64,000 nucleotides of DNA, from positions 7,194,001 to 7,258,000 of the forward strand of contig CM052818.1 of NCBI GenBank assembly GCA_028534125.1, given 5' to 3'. Below are positions 37,505-50,622 of the stretch, piece after piece. The notes beneath the pieces were generated by a model. That model had not been told where the DNA came from and ran no database searches. It was given only the letters and a program-made list of their open reading frames with translations. Made by a program: the position numbers and the translations under genes. The stretch is from Lama glama. Lineage: Eukaryota. How positions within the stretch are numbered: position 1 is the first letter of the stretch; each line of letters begins with the position of its first letter.

Positions 37505-38629
37505 AAGATTTGATGAGATGGACAGGCTGAAATGATCATCTAATGCAAACAAAATAAATAAATGGACAAATCTAGAACTCTGTTTTCAGATCTAAAAACT
37601 CAAGGATACAAGTAGATGATGGAGGAAATCTGGCTTGAAGGCAGTTAAGGGGAAAAGGCTGCTGACACAATTGAAAGCGGCAACGTTACTGCTATACACA
37701 CACAGTAATGCAAAAGTTTAAAAGAAGTGTTGGCAATAAAATCGCAGCCCCTTGCTGGATGAAGCAACATGGGGTTGCCTGGGGAGCACGTTTTAAGAGG
37801 AACTTTGGTAAGCTAGAACAGTGTCCAGGGAAGGATGGCATACACGGGAAAGGCCTGGAAACCATGTCATCATGGGAGACCTGGTAGGAGAGGACAGGAA
37901 CAGCTGAATGGTCTTTCAGTATTGATGGAAAAGGGAGTAGGTTTATCCCATGAAGCTTGAGAGCGGATGACGTGAACCAACAGGAGGTTATGGGGAACCA
38001 GGCTTCCACTCAGGAGAAGTCCTGACAGTCAGTTCTGGCCAACAAAGCACATGTGATTGGGGGCTGGCAGCCTTGTGAGATCCTGAGCCCGTGTGAGGTT
38101 GCTGCAAATGTCCAGGGAAATGTTGGACTGGCTGTCCATTCAGAGGGCAGATGCAGGAGGGTGTCAATGAAAAGACCAAGAGTCAGGAAACTGGATTCAG
38201 GTCCTGTCTCTGGTCATTGATGATTAATAGTGCAAAAGCCAATTTCCTTTTCTAGGCCTCAATTTCTTCAGTTCTGGGATTTTAATAATCACTGGCTTTC
38301 ATCTTTTGGTAGCAATGGAAACCTTTAATCAAATGAAATCTTTTGCAACCCCCCCACTGCCGCTCCCTATATAAGCCCAGCATGTGACTACTGGATACCC
38401 CCTGACTGCAGGGCTGCGCCCTCCCGCAGCGCTGCTCCTGGGAATGGTTTGCAAAGCACTGGACCAGCTGAACCTCCAGCCCTAAAATGCCAGTTCTCTG
38501 AGGTTTCTTCCTACTTTAGCTTTCGATTCTATAGACCCCAACCCTTCACTTTATGCATGAAGTACCTGAGACTTAGAAAAGGGGTTTATCCAAGATCTTA
38601 CAGCTGCTTAGTGGCCAAACTATATTTAG

Positions 38630-39195
38630 TGATGGTCACTCAGGATAAAGGTATTTCCCAGTCTTTTTTGCAGCTAGGTATGGCAGAGCAACTAAGTTCT
38701 GGCCAATAGATTGGAATTAGAAATACTATATATATACCTTAGAAAGCGTCCATAGTGGGAGGAGAATGCCCTTCTTCCATGATAGCTGGAATGTAGACAC
38801 AGCGGCTGTACCCGCGACAGCCACCTTGCACCATGAGGTAGAAACTATTTGTTGAGAATGGTGGAGCAGGATCGTAGGAGCTTCCATCTCTGATGAGCTT
38901 GTGAAGCCTCTTTACAGCCCTAGACTGTTTCCTCATGTTTTACAGGCAAGAGAAAGAAACTTCTAATGTTGAAGCCACAATTACCATTTCCATCAGCTCT
39001 GTCACTGAATGTTAAGACAGCATTATTTCATACAACACTAAGAAACCACTGCCAATTAAACAGCTACCCCATCCAATTGTGTGACACATTCCAATTTCAG
39101 AGAAGTTCAAATGTGACAAGAGTATGAGTCTTATTACATGAAATGCAGTGTTTTGGGATTTTGTTACTCACAGTCAAGCCTCATCCTAACTGATT
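38630..39195 (+). mobile_element. Old MLT1 LTR (probably with an internal DNA-transposon fragment)
   Basis: tatttcccagtcttttttgcagctaggtatggc...ctaagttctggccaatag and tttgttactcacagtcaagcctcatcctaactgat. Confidence 0.7.
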
Positions 39196-40650
39196 CAAGA
39201 AACACGAGGGAACAAAAAAAAAAGTCGCCAAGTTCTAAATAAAGAGCATGACAATCATGCAGAGGGAAGAATAAGTCTCTCTATAAAAGAATGACTCATA
39301 AAAATAGTAGTGACGTATGACTCAATTTAGGGAAGCCTCTCCTATACTTCCCACTCTGGCTTGGCTTAACTGGGGAATTATGTGTGGCTATTTGGATCTG
39401 GCCATCAAGTGAGATGAGACTCTAGGGGATGAGTTGAGCTCGTTTTAAGATGTCAGAGACACAAAGCTGATTGCTAAACCAGTTTCCATTGTGTGGTTTG
39501 GCTTTTAGGGCCCCTGACTCCTTGGTTTCTTCTCTCCAACTTTGCTGGGCCCTCCTGGTGGACTTTGAGAAAGACAAATAGGCAGCTGCTGCCAAAAGCG
39601 GCTGACGACCGAGACAAGCTTGCAGGCAACATGAGAACCTGCGACTGGCAGGGAGGGAGTTGCTCTCGGGTCTCCAGCCTCAGCCCTGCTGTTGCTCTCC
39701 GGCGCAATTCCAGCCCTGCCTGGTCTGGTGCAAAGCTGAGCACTTTTGGTCCTTAGGACTAGAGCCCTAACCTTAACCTATGACAACCCAGTATTAATGT
39801 ACCTGTTGTGATTAAAAAAACATCGAAGGCCAATTTGACAAGTGAAAGGGAAATCTGGCATAATAAAAAGTGGTTATAAGATGGACTAACCACTTTGTCT
39901 GTCATTAAAGCAGGGGCACGTTCACGAGAAATGTCCCCTTGATCGCTTTTAAACCATAACAGCACAGTAACTTACTTTACGTGATCCTTTCTCCTGTGAC
40001 TGCTTCTTGAATCTATCGAGACCCTAGAGGCCTTTCAAGATTTTGCTGACTCTGTGCTCTGGTTATTGTTTGATTGTCTCCTCATGTGACAGATGTTTTA
40101 TATTTATTATTTAATACATCAACTCCACAGGTACATAGTATAATCCCCATTTTAAAAGATAATATTAAAAAAAGACTGAATTACTATGCTGTACACTAGA
40201 AACATTAACATTGTAAATCAACTATATTTCAATTAAAAAAATTAAGGCTCAGAGAAGCTGATTAACTTTCTCATGGTATCACAGCTAATAAATGGGCTCT
40301 GAACTTAGGTTGATGAAGGCTACCATTACAATTTAGTTGATAGGAACTGTAGAAGCAGCCTTTCAAGCTTCAAATACTTAAACATGTAAAGGTCTGCTGA
40401 GGAATACTTTCATTCTTCCATTCAGAAGTTCCACCAGGAACTGAAGTCTTGACTATTGCGAAGGAAAGACTCCTCTGGAGGAAAAAAAAAAGAAAAAAGT
40501 TGGGGAAATGGCAGGAGATGAATTGGGTAATTTTATTGTCTCTCCAGGCCTTACTTAAATTACATTCAGGCAACTGTTTCAAAGTCACGTGTGTGATAAC
40601 CTGGCAGCACAGGGCTCTGTCAGTGACTGAGTTGCGAGAGTTCCAGTGGA

Positions 40651-40785
40651 GAGGGGAGGGTATAGCTCAGGGGTAGAAGCACATGTTTAGCATGCACAAG
40701 GTCCTGGGTTCAATCCCTAATTCCTCCATTTAATTAATAAACAAACAAACAAACCTAATTACCCCCTACGTCTGGGAAAAAAAAA
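40651..40785 (+). mobile_element. tRNA-derived SINE (vic-1-like)
   Basis: A/B-box head. TSD agttccagtgga (40639-40650) / agttccaatgga (40786-40797). Confidence 0.9.
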
Positions 40786-40974
40786 AGTTCCAATGGACCA
40801 TCCCCATAGAACATGAGGTGGACTACTGTTGGGCCAATCGCCTATTTCTAATGAAATATATCATGTGACTTTTTGTTGAGGTAATATCTAATCTAATAAC
40901 AATATTTTAAAATTAATTTTAATAAATTTTCTGCTCATCTTAATTTCATATTATGTATTTTTTCTTGGGAAGAA

Positions 40975-43092
40975 AAAATGATGGCCATTCTGACTGGTGT
41001 GAGGTGATACTTCATTGTAGTTTTGATTTGCATTTCTCTGATAATTAGCATGTTGAACATCTTTTCATGTGCCTATTGGCCATTTGTATGTCTTCACTGG
41101 AGAAATGTCTGTTTAGGTCTTCTGCCTGCTTTTTGATTAGGTTGTTTTTGAGTTATTGAGTTGTATGAGCTATTTATATACTTTGTAACTTAAGCCCTTG
41201 TCAGTTGAATCATTTACAAATATTTTCTCCCATTCTGTAGGTTGCCTTTTGTTTTGTTTGTGGTTTCCCTTGCTGTGCAAAAGGTTCTAAGTTTAATTAG
41301 GTCCCATTTGCTTATTTTTGCTTTTATTTCTATTGCCTTGGTAGACCGATCTAGGAAAATATTGCTATGATTTATGTCAGAGAATGTTTTGTCTGTGTAC
41401 TCTTCTAGGAAATGTATGGTGGTCTTATGTTTAAGTCTTTAAGCCATTTTGAGTTTAAGTCTTTAAAGCCATTTCAAGTTTATTTTTGTGTTTAGTTTGG
41501 GGGAATGTTCTAACTTCATTGATTTACATGCAGCTGTCCAGCTTTCCCAACACCATTTACTGAAGAGACTGTCTTCTCTCCCTTGTATATTCTCGCCTCT
41601 TTTGTTGAATGTTAATTGACCGTAGGTGTGGGGGTTTATTTCTGGGCTCTCTATTCTGCTCCATTGATCCATATGTCTGTTTTTATGTCAATATCATGCT
41701 GTTTTGATTACCATAGCTTTGTATTATTGCCTAAAGTCTGGGAGGGTTATTCCTCTAGCTTTGTTCTTTTTCTTCAGTATTGCTTTGGCACTTCTGGGTC
41801 TTTTATGGTTCCATATACATTTTACGATTGTTTGTTCTACTTTTGTGAAAAAGTGTCCTGGGTAATTTGATAGGGATTGCATTCAATCTGTAGGTTGCTG
41901 TGGGTTGAATGGCCATTTTAACAATATTAATTCTTCGAATCCAAGAACATAGGTTATCTTTCCATTTCTTTAGGTCATATTTAATTTCCTTTATTGAATG
42001 TTTTCTATTTCTCAGTGTATAAACTTCTCACTTCCTTGGTCAAGTTTATTCCTAAATAATTTGCTTTTTTGGATGTGATTTTAAAAGGGATTTTTTTTAA
42101 CTTTTCTGCTATTTCATTGTTAGTATAAGGAAACGCAACAGATTTCTGTGTATCAATCTTGTATCCTGCCATCTTGCTGCATTTATCAGCTCTAGTAGTT
42201 TTTGTGTGGAGTCTTTTTAGGGTTTTCTATATATAGTACCATGTCATCTGCATATAGTGACTTAGATACTTCTTCCCTTCCAATCTGGATCCCATTTTTG
42301 TCTGATTGCTATGGCCAAGGCTTCCAATACTATGTTGACTAGAAGTGGTGAGAGTGGGCATCCTTGTCTTGTTCCAGATTTTAGCAGAAAGGCTTTCAAC
42401 TTCCCGTGCTTGAGTTTTATGTTGGCTGTAGGTTTGTCATAAACAGATTTTTTATGAGATATGTTCCCTTTATACCTACTTTTGTAAGTTTTTTATCATG
42501 AATGGATATTGAATTTTATCAAATGCTTTTTCTGCATCTGTTGAGATGATCATGTGGGTTTTACCCTTTCTTTTGTTGATGTGGTGCAACGCATTGATGG
42601 ATTTGCGTATGTTGAACCAGCCTGTGACCCTGTGAATCCAACCTGATTGTAGCGTATGATCTTTTCCATGTATTGGGCTTGGTTTACTAATACCTTGTTG
42701 AGAATTTTTGTGTCTATATTCATCAAAGATACTGGCCTATAATTTTTGGTGGTGTCTTGGTCTGGTTTTGGTATCAAGGTGATGGTGGCTTCATACAGTG
42801 AGCTTGGGAGTGTTTCCTCCTCTTTAGTCTTCTGGATGAGTTTAAGATTTGTGTAAATTGTTCTTTGTATGATTGGTAGAATTCCTCATTGAAGCCATCT
42901 GGTCCTCGATTTTTGTTTGTAGGGAGGTTTTTTTGTTTATTTTTTAAATTACAGGTTCTATTTCACTTCTAATGATTGGTCTGTTCAAATTATCTATTTC
43001 TTCTTGATTGAGTTTTGGTGGACTGTGTATTTCTAGAAGCTTGTCCATTCCTTCTAGGCTGTCCAATTTGTTGGTATATAATAGTTCATAAT
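40975..43092 (-). mobile_element. L1 ORF2 fragment (RT to C-terminal region), disrupted
   Basis: The ORF-track peptides [29 protein letters not shown] (RT) and [23 protein letters not shown] are L1 ORF2p. Many stops and frameshifts. Confidence 0.95.
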
Positions 43093-43182
43093 TATGGGAA
43101 TTTCTTGTATGATCTCATGTTCTACATTAAAAACAGCTCAGCTACTAAAAGGATAGAATATCACCTATAAGAACTAGAATCA

Positions 43183-43304
43183 GGGGGAGAGGGTATAGCT
43201 CAAGTGGTAGAGTGCATGCTTAGCATGCTCGAGGTCCTGGGTTCAGTCCTCAGCACCTCCTCTAAAAATAAATAAACCTAATTCCCACCCCCCAACCCCC
43301 CAAA
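43183..43304 (+). mobile_element. tRNA-derived SINE (vic-1-like)
   Basis: A/B-box head. TSD aagaactagaatca (43169-43182) / aagaactggaatca (43305-43318). Confidence 0.92.
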
Positions 43305-43454
43305 AAGAACTGGAATCAAACTCTCCTTTGTTTAAACAAAGTGGAAGCCCTACCAAATGATTTCCTCTGGACTGAATGAAATACATTAAAATGAAATAAA
43401 ATTTAACATCCAAATTCATTACATTTTTCCCTCAGTACAAAGTACAAAGACACT

Positions 43455-44454
43455 GGGCTAAATTTCTTTTAAATTATTTTATTTTTCTGTAAGCTAAAAG
43501 GAAATTTACACACTGAAATCTCAAAAGACCTTGGGCATGCACATTAACCTTGTTAGAGGTTCTTCTACATGTCTCTCTTTTTTCCATAGGAATTTCCCCA
43601 AACATTTAAAACCCATAGTTTTTACTGTATATACAGCCTAAACCATAGCAATCTATGATTATGTCATTTTACACTGTGCAAAATCCTCAAAAAATAGTGG
43701 TATGATAGAACAAAAAAATCAGCAACAAGTAAAATTTCATTCTAAGACATTCATATAATTTGGTCCTTCTCCAAACCAAACTGATTTAAAACAGACACAA
43801 TCTCTTTAAATCCCTCCAATTGAGTTCTGACAATGATCCATACCCTATAACAAAAGAGCAATTGATGAAGTACCTTACAAAAGGTCAAACAGCAATAGGT
43901 CAGATTGAAAAGATTAAAAAAAGAGCACAAAAATGGTAACAAAAGCTAGATCTGAAACAAACCCACCACACATAAAATTAAAAAAAAATTAAACGGGGAC
44001 TTGGAGTTTACTTATGATAGCAAAAGTAATTCAACGTATGATATGAAAAATTAATAGGACATTCAATGCAATCTGAAAAGACTGAAGGGGATTTCACAGA
44101 CAGTGGAGATTTGAGTTTTTAATTTTCTTTTTTTTATTTCAAAAGTTTTGTAAGAAGGACACCACCAGTGTATTTCACAAAGACATAAATGTATACACCC
44201 CAGCAACACAAAAAGAATAATTCTTCAAAAATGTTCACCCCCGATTATTTACATTTTTTCTAATATAAATTTAGGACTTCAGTATGTAAATAAATATACA
44301 TTACTATGTATACCTTTCTAGTGTGGCTTACCAACAAATCAGCTGAACTGGGTTTGTTTGTTTTTTTTTTTAATTAGAGCAAATATGCTTTTGACTGTAG
44401 GGAAGGGCTGGAGGGAAGGAAAAGCAATTGAAACTGTCCGATCCACATCAGTTA
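43455..44454 (-). other. AFTPH: AFTPH 3'UTR (~1 kb)
   Basis: Repeat-free U-rich sequence between the stop codon (44455) and AATAAA at 43478-43483. The cleavage site is approximate. Confidence 0.8.
43478..43483 (-). terminator. AFTPH: AFTPH polyadenylation signal AATAAA
   Basis: tttatt on the plus strand. On the minus strand it is followed by GU/U-rich gtgtctttgtactttgtac. Confidence 0.75.
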
Positions 44455-44599
44455 TCAGTCTGCCTTCTCCTGGGAGCCTGTGGAAGGCGTCAAGGTGGCC
44501 GGGAACATCAGCACCTTGGCGTGCATGAACGTTAAGTCAGGGAGGCTGGCGATCACCTCGATGGCTTCTTCGCTTAGGTGCTCTTCTCTTTTCGGTTTT
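44455..44599 (-). CDS. AFTPH: Aftiphilin terminal coding exon: (R)KPKREEHLSEEAIEVIASLPDLTFMHAKVLMFPATLTPSTGSQEKAD*
   Basis: Pyrimidine-rich acceptor (ttcttttttcttttgtcaacag), phase 2 matching the previous exon, and a recognisable aftiphilin C-terminus. The stop TGA is followed by TAA. Confidence 0.95.
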
Positions 44600-46394
44600 C
44601 TGTTGACAAAAGAAAAAAGAGAAGTGTGTTAAAGTGGTTTTGCTGTAGGTTAAATGGGAGAAAATAGACTCTCAAGGTAGACAGCGATCTGTGGGGACTG
44701 TCTTTTCCTCTGCCAGTTCCTGAACCTCGGGAAACCTTTGTGCTGGGTGCCACCTGTGCCGGAGGCCAAGTCTCTTAGAAAGATTCCCGCTGGATTTATG
44801 TATCTTCATTATAGTTGGGCGTGTACACACACATTCGTGTGTACCTGTGTACAGCTCACAGCTCTGCTTAAGGGTAGAAAGCATCTATCTATCCAGGCAT
44901 ACTCTTCAAATGTCACTAAGAAATATAATGCTGAAGTCCTAGTAACGCCCCGCCCGCTGGATTTCCCCCGCCTCCTGAAAAACTACCAAAGTTACCTCAA
45001 CATAAAGCAAAGTATGTCTGGCACAAGACTTGGTAAGTCACTTTGACCTCAGGCTTTTCTTCATCCCCAAAGGGGAATTCCGGGACAGAAAGCCCTCAGT
45101 TCAGAAACACCCAGCCTCTGCCCCCCCGGGATGCAGACCCGCGGCAGGTCCAAAAGCCGCAGCACGAGGGCCAGCTGCCGAAGACGAGGCTGTACACGGG
45201 CGGAAAGGGCTCGGGAGAGGGGAAATCTCAACCCTATGGGTCCTGTGGATGAAGTGCCCCTAATATAAGAAGTGAGCAGCGTGTAGCCCAGCTCCTGGTG
45301 ACCTGGGTCTTCCCAGCAGGTGAGCCGCAGCAAATGCCAACTGAGCTTCAGATGTGGCTCAAATTGAGCGCCTGACTATAATCCAACCTTTAGTTTTTCC
45401 AGGATGTTAAATATACTGAAAGAATAACTGCAGTCATAAAGATATAATTTTACACCAAAGTTTATTAAACATTGTTCACTCCAAAAGGCCCAATTGTCTC
45501 TTACGGCAAAGGATAGTCGGTACTCTGCTAGGTGTGACACAACTTATTTCTTCCACCTAAGTATTTCCTTTGTCCTGGGGATGGGGAGCAGGAAGTCAGG
45601 AGGTGAAGCAAGAAAGGAAAGATAGATGTAGGCCTTGATGTTATACCTGGACTTTTCTGTTACGAGTTCAGGCTGAAATAGAAAGATTTTACAGAATGAC
45701 TGAAAAATCAAACATCAGATTTTTAGGACCAAAGATTTTCAGTAAGGGGCTCAGCTTCAGGCACACAGAAACCATCAGTGGATCAGCCAATACTGAACTC
45801 AGTTTTAGGGTTTCTCAGAAGAATGGAATAGCACTCCAAAGTTTTTCTGACTTAAAATCTACATGTTTAATTAAGTGGTGGCAAAACTATTAGGTGGATG
45901 TTTAATGGCAAACTGAGTATCTACATTATTCTAAAGTAAAACCAGACAGTTCACTTTTCAGCCTCAAAGTGAAAAAGAGGAAGAGTACACGGGAAAGGGC
46001 AGCCTCCCACCAATGGTCAATCTCAGCGTCTGTCACGATGGAGTCAACCAGACATTCATGTGTCTCCTGATGCGATACAACACCTATGACGTATTCTACC
46101 CAAAGTGTTTTATCCATCAAACCTTTAGATATAATGTCCAGTTTACAGAAAATGAGGGGAATAGAGAAACATATTAAAAACTACTTGAAGGAAGCAAATG
46201 GACAAATCCAGAGGTTGGGACATTCTGCAGGACAACTGGATCAATTTTTTTCAGCAAGCTAGTGTTAGTAAACTGGAAAGCAAACAGAAGTGGGGTAGAT
46301 ATGCCAGGTTAAAAGTAGATCTTTCCTCAAAGCCAAAGGCAGTGACTTACTTTTGATTTATATTCTCTCTAGTTAAGGTTTATCCTTTGGCCAA

Positions 46395-47700
46395 TATAAT
46401 ACTATTAAAGAGTCCAGAAATAAGCCCATAATTTCTGGTTAAATTGATTTTCAACAAGAGGGAAATGGGGAAAGAACAGTCTTTTCAACAACCAGTACTG
46501 TTGCAACTGGGTATCCACCCGCAAGAGAACCAAGTTGGACCCTGGACCCCTACTTTACACCATATTAAAAAATTGATTCAAAATGGTTCAAAGGTCTAAA
46601 TGTATGAGTTGAAACTATAAAACTCGTAGAAGGAAACTTCGGTGCAAATTATCCTAACCTTGAAGTAGGCTATAGTTTCTTAGATATGATACCTAAGGCA
46701 CAAGCAATGAGAGAAATATATAAATTGGATTTCATCAAAATTAAGAAACTTTTATGTTTCATAGTACACTAGCTAGGAAGTGAAAAAACCTACAGAATGA
46801 GATAAAAATATTTGCAAATTAAATATCTGATAAATGTAAAGAATTCTTACAACAATAAAAATTACCCAATTAGAAAACACGTAAAATGTGAATAGACATT
46901 TCTTTAAAGACGAGATACAACTGGTCAATAAGCACCTAAGAAGATGTTTAATATCATTAGCCATCAGGGAAATGTAAAATAACAATGAGATACCACTTCA
47001 TACCCATTGGGATGGCTGTAACCAAAAAGTCAGACAGCAACAAGCCTTGGTGAAAATGTGGAGACAATGGAACCCTCAAACATTATTGGTGAGGATGTAA
47101 AATGGTGCCACTGCTTTGGAAAACAGTTTGGAAGTTACTCAAAAAATTAAACATAGTGCTACCATATGCCCCGGCAGCTCTACTCCCAAGAAAATCGAAA
47201 ACATTTGTCCACACAAAAACTTGTACATGAATGTTCATAGCAGCATTACTCATAATAGTCAAAAAGTGAAAACAACCCAAATTGTCCATTAATTGATTAA
47301 TGAATAAGCAAAATGTGCTATAGCTATACGATGGAGTATTATGTAACTATAAAAAGGAATGGAAGTGACTAATACGTGCAACAACATGGCTGAACTTGAA
47401 AACAATAAGCTAAGTGAGAGAAGCCAGACACAAAAAGCTGCATGATGTATCACTCCACTAGTATGAAATAACCAGAGTATGCAGATCCATAGAAGGAAGA
47501 TCAGTAGTTGCCAGGGACTGAGAAGAGTGGCATACAGGGAGTGACTGCTAGTGGGTTTGGGGTTTCTTTCTGGGATAATTAAGTGTTCTGATAATTAAAT
47601 AGTGGTGATGGCTGCACAGCCTTGTGAATATACTAAAAGCTCCTGAACTATACACTTGAGAGGGGTGAATTTTATGGTATGTGAATTATATCTCAATTAA
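46395..47700 (+). mobile_element. Old L1M (L1MB-like) fragment in the last AFTPH intron
   Basis: gagtccagaaataagccc...gtcttttcaacaa...cagctctactcccaagaaaatcgaaaacatttgtccacacaaaaacttgtac...gtgaattttatggtatgtgaattatatctcaat. Confidence 0.9.
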
Positions 47701-48084
47701 AAGGTAATTAAAAAAAGTAAAAAAAGCTAATTCCCCACCTGTCCTCCCCCCCAAAAAAGGGGAAAAAAGTAAAAGACATATTATCCCTTTTGGCAAGTAG
47801 TCCTCTGGCTTGTATGAACTTCAGTTATAGGTCTGTGGCTACTTAGTAACTAGTTGGCCACCCAATAATTAAGATTAGGAAGTAATTTTTTTCTATATTA
47901 GAAAAGCTAAGCAAGAAGATGAAACTATTTAAAAACTAAGAACTTGCATTTCTTTAAAAAGTAAACCACTTTACAACATACGTTTAGAAAGCGAGCACAT
48001 GTACTCTCTTACATACGCAATTTGGAAAAGAGTGTAAGATGCTGTTTGCTACATGTCAAATTTCCTCTATCTAGACAGCTGTTT

Positions 48085-48244
48085 ATTTTTTTATTTAAAA
48101 AAATTTTTAAATTAAAATTTTTTTAAATTAAAAATGTTTTTGGGGTACTTAGGCTTACTTATTTATTTTTAGAGGCGGTACCAGGGACCCAGGACCTTGT
48201 GTGCGCTGAGGGTGTGCTCTGCCACTCGAGCTACAGCCTCCCCT
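48085..48244 (-). mobile_element. tRNA-derived SINE (vic-1-like), diverged
   Basis: cccaggaccttgtgtgcgctgag...ctctgccactcgagctacagcctcccc, with flanks agacagctgtt/agactgctgtt. Confidence 0.8.
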
Positions 48245-49605
48245 CAGACTGCTGTTCCTTGACCTTTTCTTACTCTACAGTTCTTCAGTGCTTTTTCACT
48301 CTGTCTTTTGTGTATTATCAAGAGCCAATCAGATCTTGCTGAGGTTAACATTCTATGTTTATTTTATTCAAAAGCAAAAAGATAAATGAAATAAAACCTA
48401 AAAACAACAAAGATACTTAAAATTCTTTCTGAAACGATGCCAACCCCTTCTCTCTTCCCTGTACAACTAAGAATCACTCATGGGGGCATTTTACAGTATT
48501 ACCTTCTAAGTGTAAGACTTGGCAATATTTGCACTTCTCACCATTTTCAAATAGTTAATCCCTCAAAATACAAAGGTGGCAACTTATTTCAATCTGTTGT
48601 ATTTTAAATATGAAGCTAGACAGACAGGTACTAGAGACTAATTCAATGCAGTTACAACGCTGATTCTAGGATACATTACTATAGTTTTAGTTCATTCCAT
48701 AATAGTACAGAATAAGAGGAAAAATGAAAATAACTTCTTAAAAAGAAGCTGGAAAAGTGCCCTAGTGTGCAGTGTTTCAACAGTGAGTTGAAAAGCTGAG
48801 AGCAAGCAAGTTAACAATGTGGCTTAGAGCTCCTCCTAACGGCACAAAGAATGCATTCTCATCGGGGGACTTTGAACACTTCAGTAAGACTGCAGAGGGG
48901 AAAAGGTGAGGGAACAGTAGGATTATCCTGAGAAAAGGTTGTCCTAAAAATAGCAGGGGAAAGCCCAAACAACAGAAAGCATCAGAGTTTCTTCTTGTTT
49001 TTTCCTAAAGTCGTTAGCTTTTGGTTAACATATACAGAATAAATGGATGAGAAATTTGTATGAGAAGAACTTTAATCTGAAAATATGATTTGGAAAGAGA
49101 AAAAATTAGAAAGCAAGCAAAAAACCCACACTAGCGTCGATTACAAGCAGGTTCACCGTAACAGGAGGCTCTCACCGTGCCAGGTAGCAGTATTACAGAG
49201 AAAGAGGGGCAATGAGCACAGGGCGATCTGGATGAACAAGAATGTGCAGGTTATAAACCCACTCCTGGAGAAGTTATGGGTAGACATAATTATAGAATAA
49301 GAATGGCTTTTCATAATTATGAATATTAAGTATATTAACATTTGATCTGTTGAATGGATATTTAAGCACACAATACATTCTAAAAGGCAATATGATAATT
49401 CAAGCCAAAGTTTAAAGACAAGTAAGCATTTATTATGGAAAAGGGAAAAAAAAAAGTCTGTTTTAAATGAATGTTTTTCTATAGAAGAATTGATTTAAAA
49501 GGTAAATCTGAATTTGACATGTGAGTGGAATGTATTATTCAAGGAAAAGAGCTATACTGTTTCTGCCGAAGGGCAAATATCAAGTAAATACTTTAAAATG
49601 CTGAC

Positions 49606-49754
49606 TAGGGGAGAGGGTACAGCTCAATGGTAGAGTGCTTAGCACGCACGAGGTCTTGGGTTCAATCCCTAGTACCTCAATCAATCAATCAGTAAACCTA
49701 ATTACGCCCCCCGCAAAAAATTAATCAGAAGTAAAACTAGAAGTGAGTTTTCAA
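49606..49754 (+). mobile_element. tRNA-derived SINE (vic-1-like)
   Basis: A/B-box head. The TSD aaaatgctga lies at 49595-49604 and 49755-49764. Confidence 0.9.
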
Positions 49755-50498
49755 AAAATGCTGATGAATCATGGATGTGGGACGGCAGAGCTGGATGCCA
49801 ATCAACCAGTATTTGCTCCTGCGGTAGGGATTTACTGGTTCATAATGATTACCTTCTTATTAGGAACTGCTTTATTCTTATGGCTAGTAAGTCGAAGCAA
49901 TGGATTATTCCAGTGCTTAACTAGTAAAACTACAGGTTTCCTGAATCGTAAACACAAAGCTCATAGGACATTCCCTGTATCTGAGACAACTGCTTTTCTA
50001 AAGGCCATGCCCCTGAAGGGGCTCCTAGAAAACTAACAAGCAGTGTCTCATGACCGAATCAGAGGCCATCCCCTAATCTATCTTAGCCCAGAAGTGAAAG
50101 AATTAGCCTAGGTGACTGGGAGAGTGAAACTGGGATCCCAAGGATGATCATCTCAGTGGTCTTGAAAGAAAAGGGAGTGTTTCTGCAATGGCTTTATGAC
50201 CTCAATGCTTTAATCAGATTCTTCTCTACAAAGTTGGGTGTAGAAGGTAGGGAAAGAGAGAAACCCATATCTGCCAGTCCTTTCCAGTCCCTCATGGAAC
50301 TGCTCTGCTCAAATACAGTTCATAATTAAACATAATTTCATACTATTTTATGGAATTAGTATCTATCGGTTTTTATGAATACAAAGTGAATTTTAATACA
50401 ATGTATTGAAATACTGCCAACTTAATGTGCTTTCCCATCTGGGCTGCTTTGTTCAACACAGAATTCATAATTAGGGTGTAATGAACACTAGCTTTTAC

Positions 50499-50622
50499 CT
50501 GGTAGATGTGCTTGTCTTCTCTACTGTGGACATGAGTCTCGCAAATGCATCAGTCACTTTGAGGCTTGAGGTGGAGATTTCCAGCTTAGAAGTTGTTAAC
50601 TCATACAACTCTGGATCCACAC
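50499..50622 (-). CDS. AFTPH: Aftiphilin penultimate exon (124 nt): GVDPELYELTTSKLEISTSSLKVTDAFARLMSTVEKTSTST(R)
   Basis: aag|GT...AG|gtaaaa boundaries, phase 1 in and phase 2 out, open frame, matching recalled aftiphilin sequence. Confidence 0.95.

Noticed and set aside
40975..43092. Active L1
   Set aside because: Truncated at both ends, with many stops and frameshifts.
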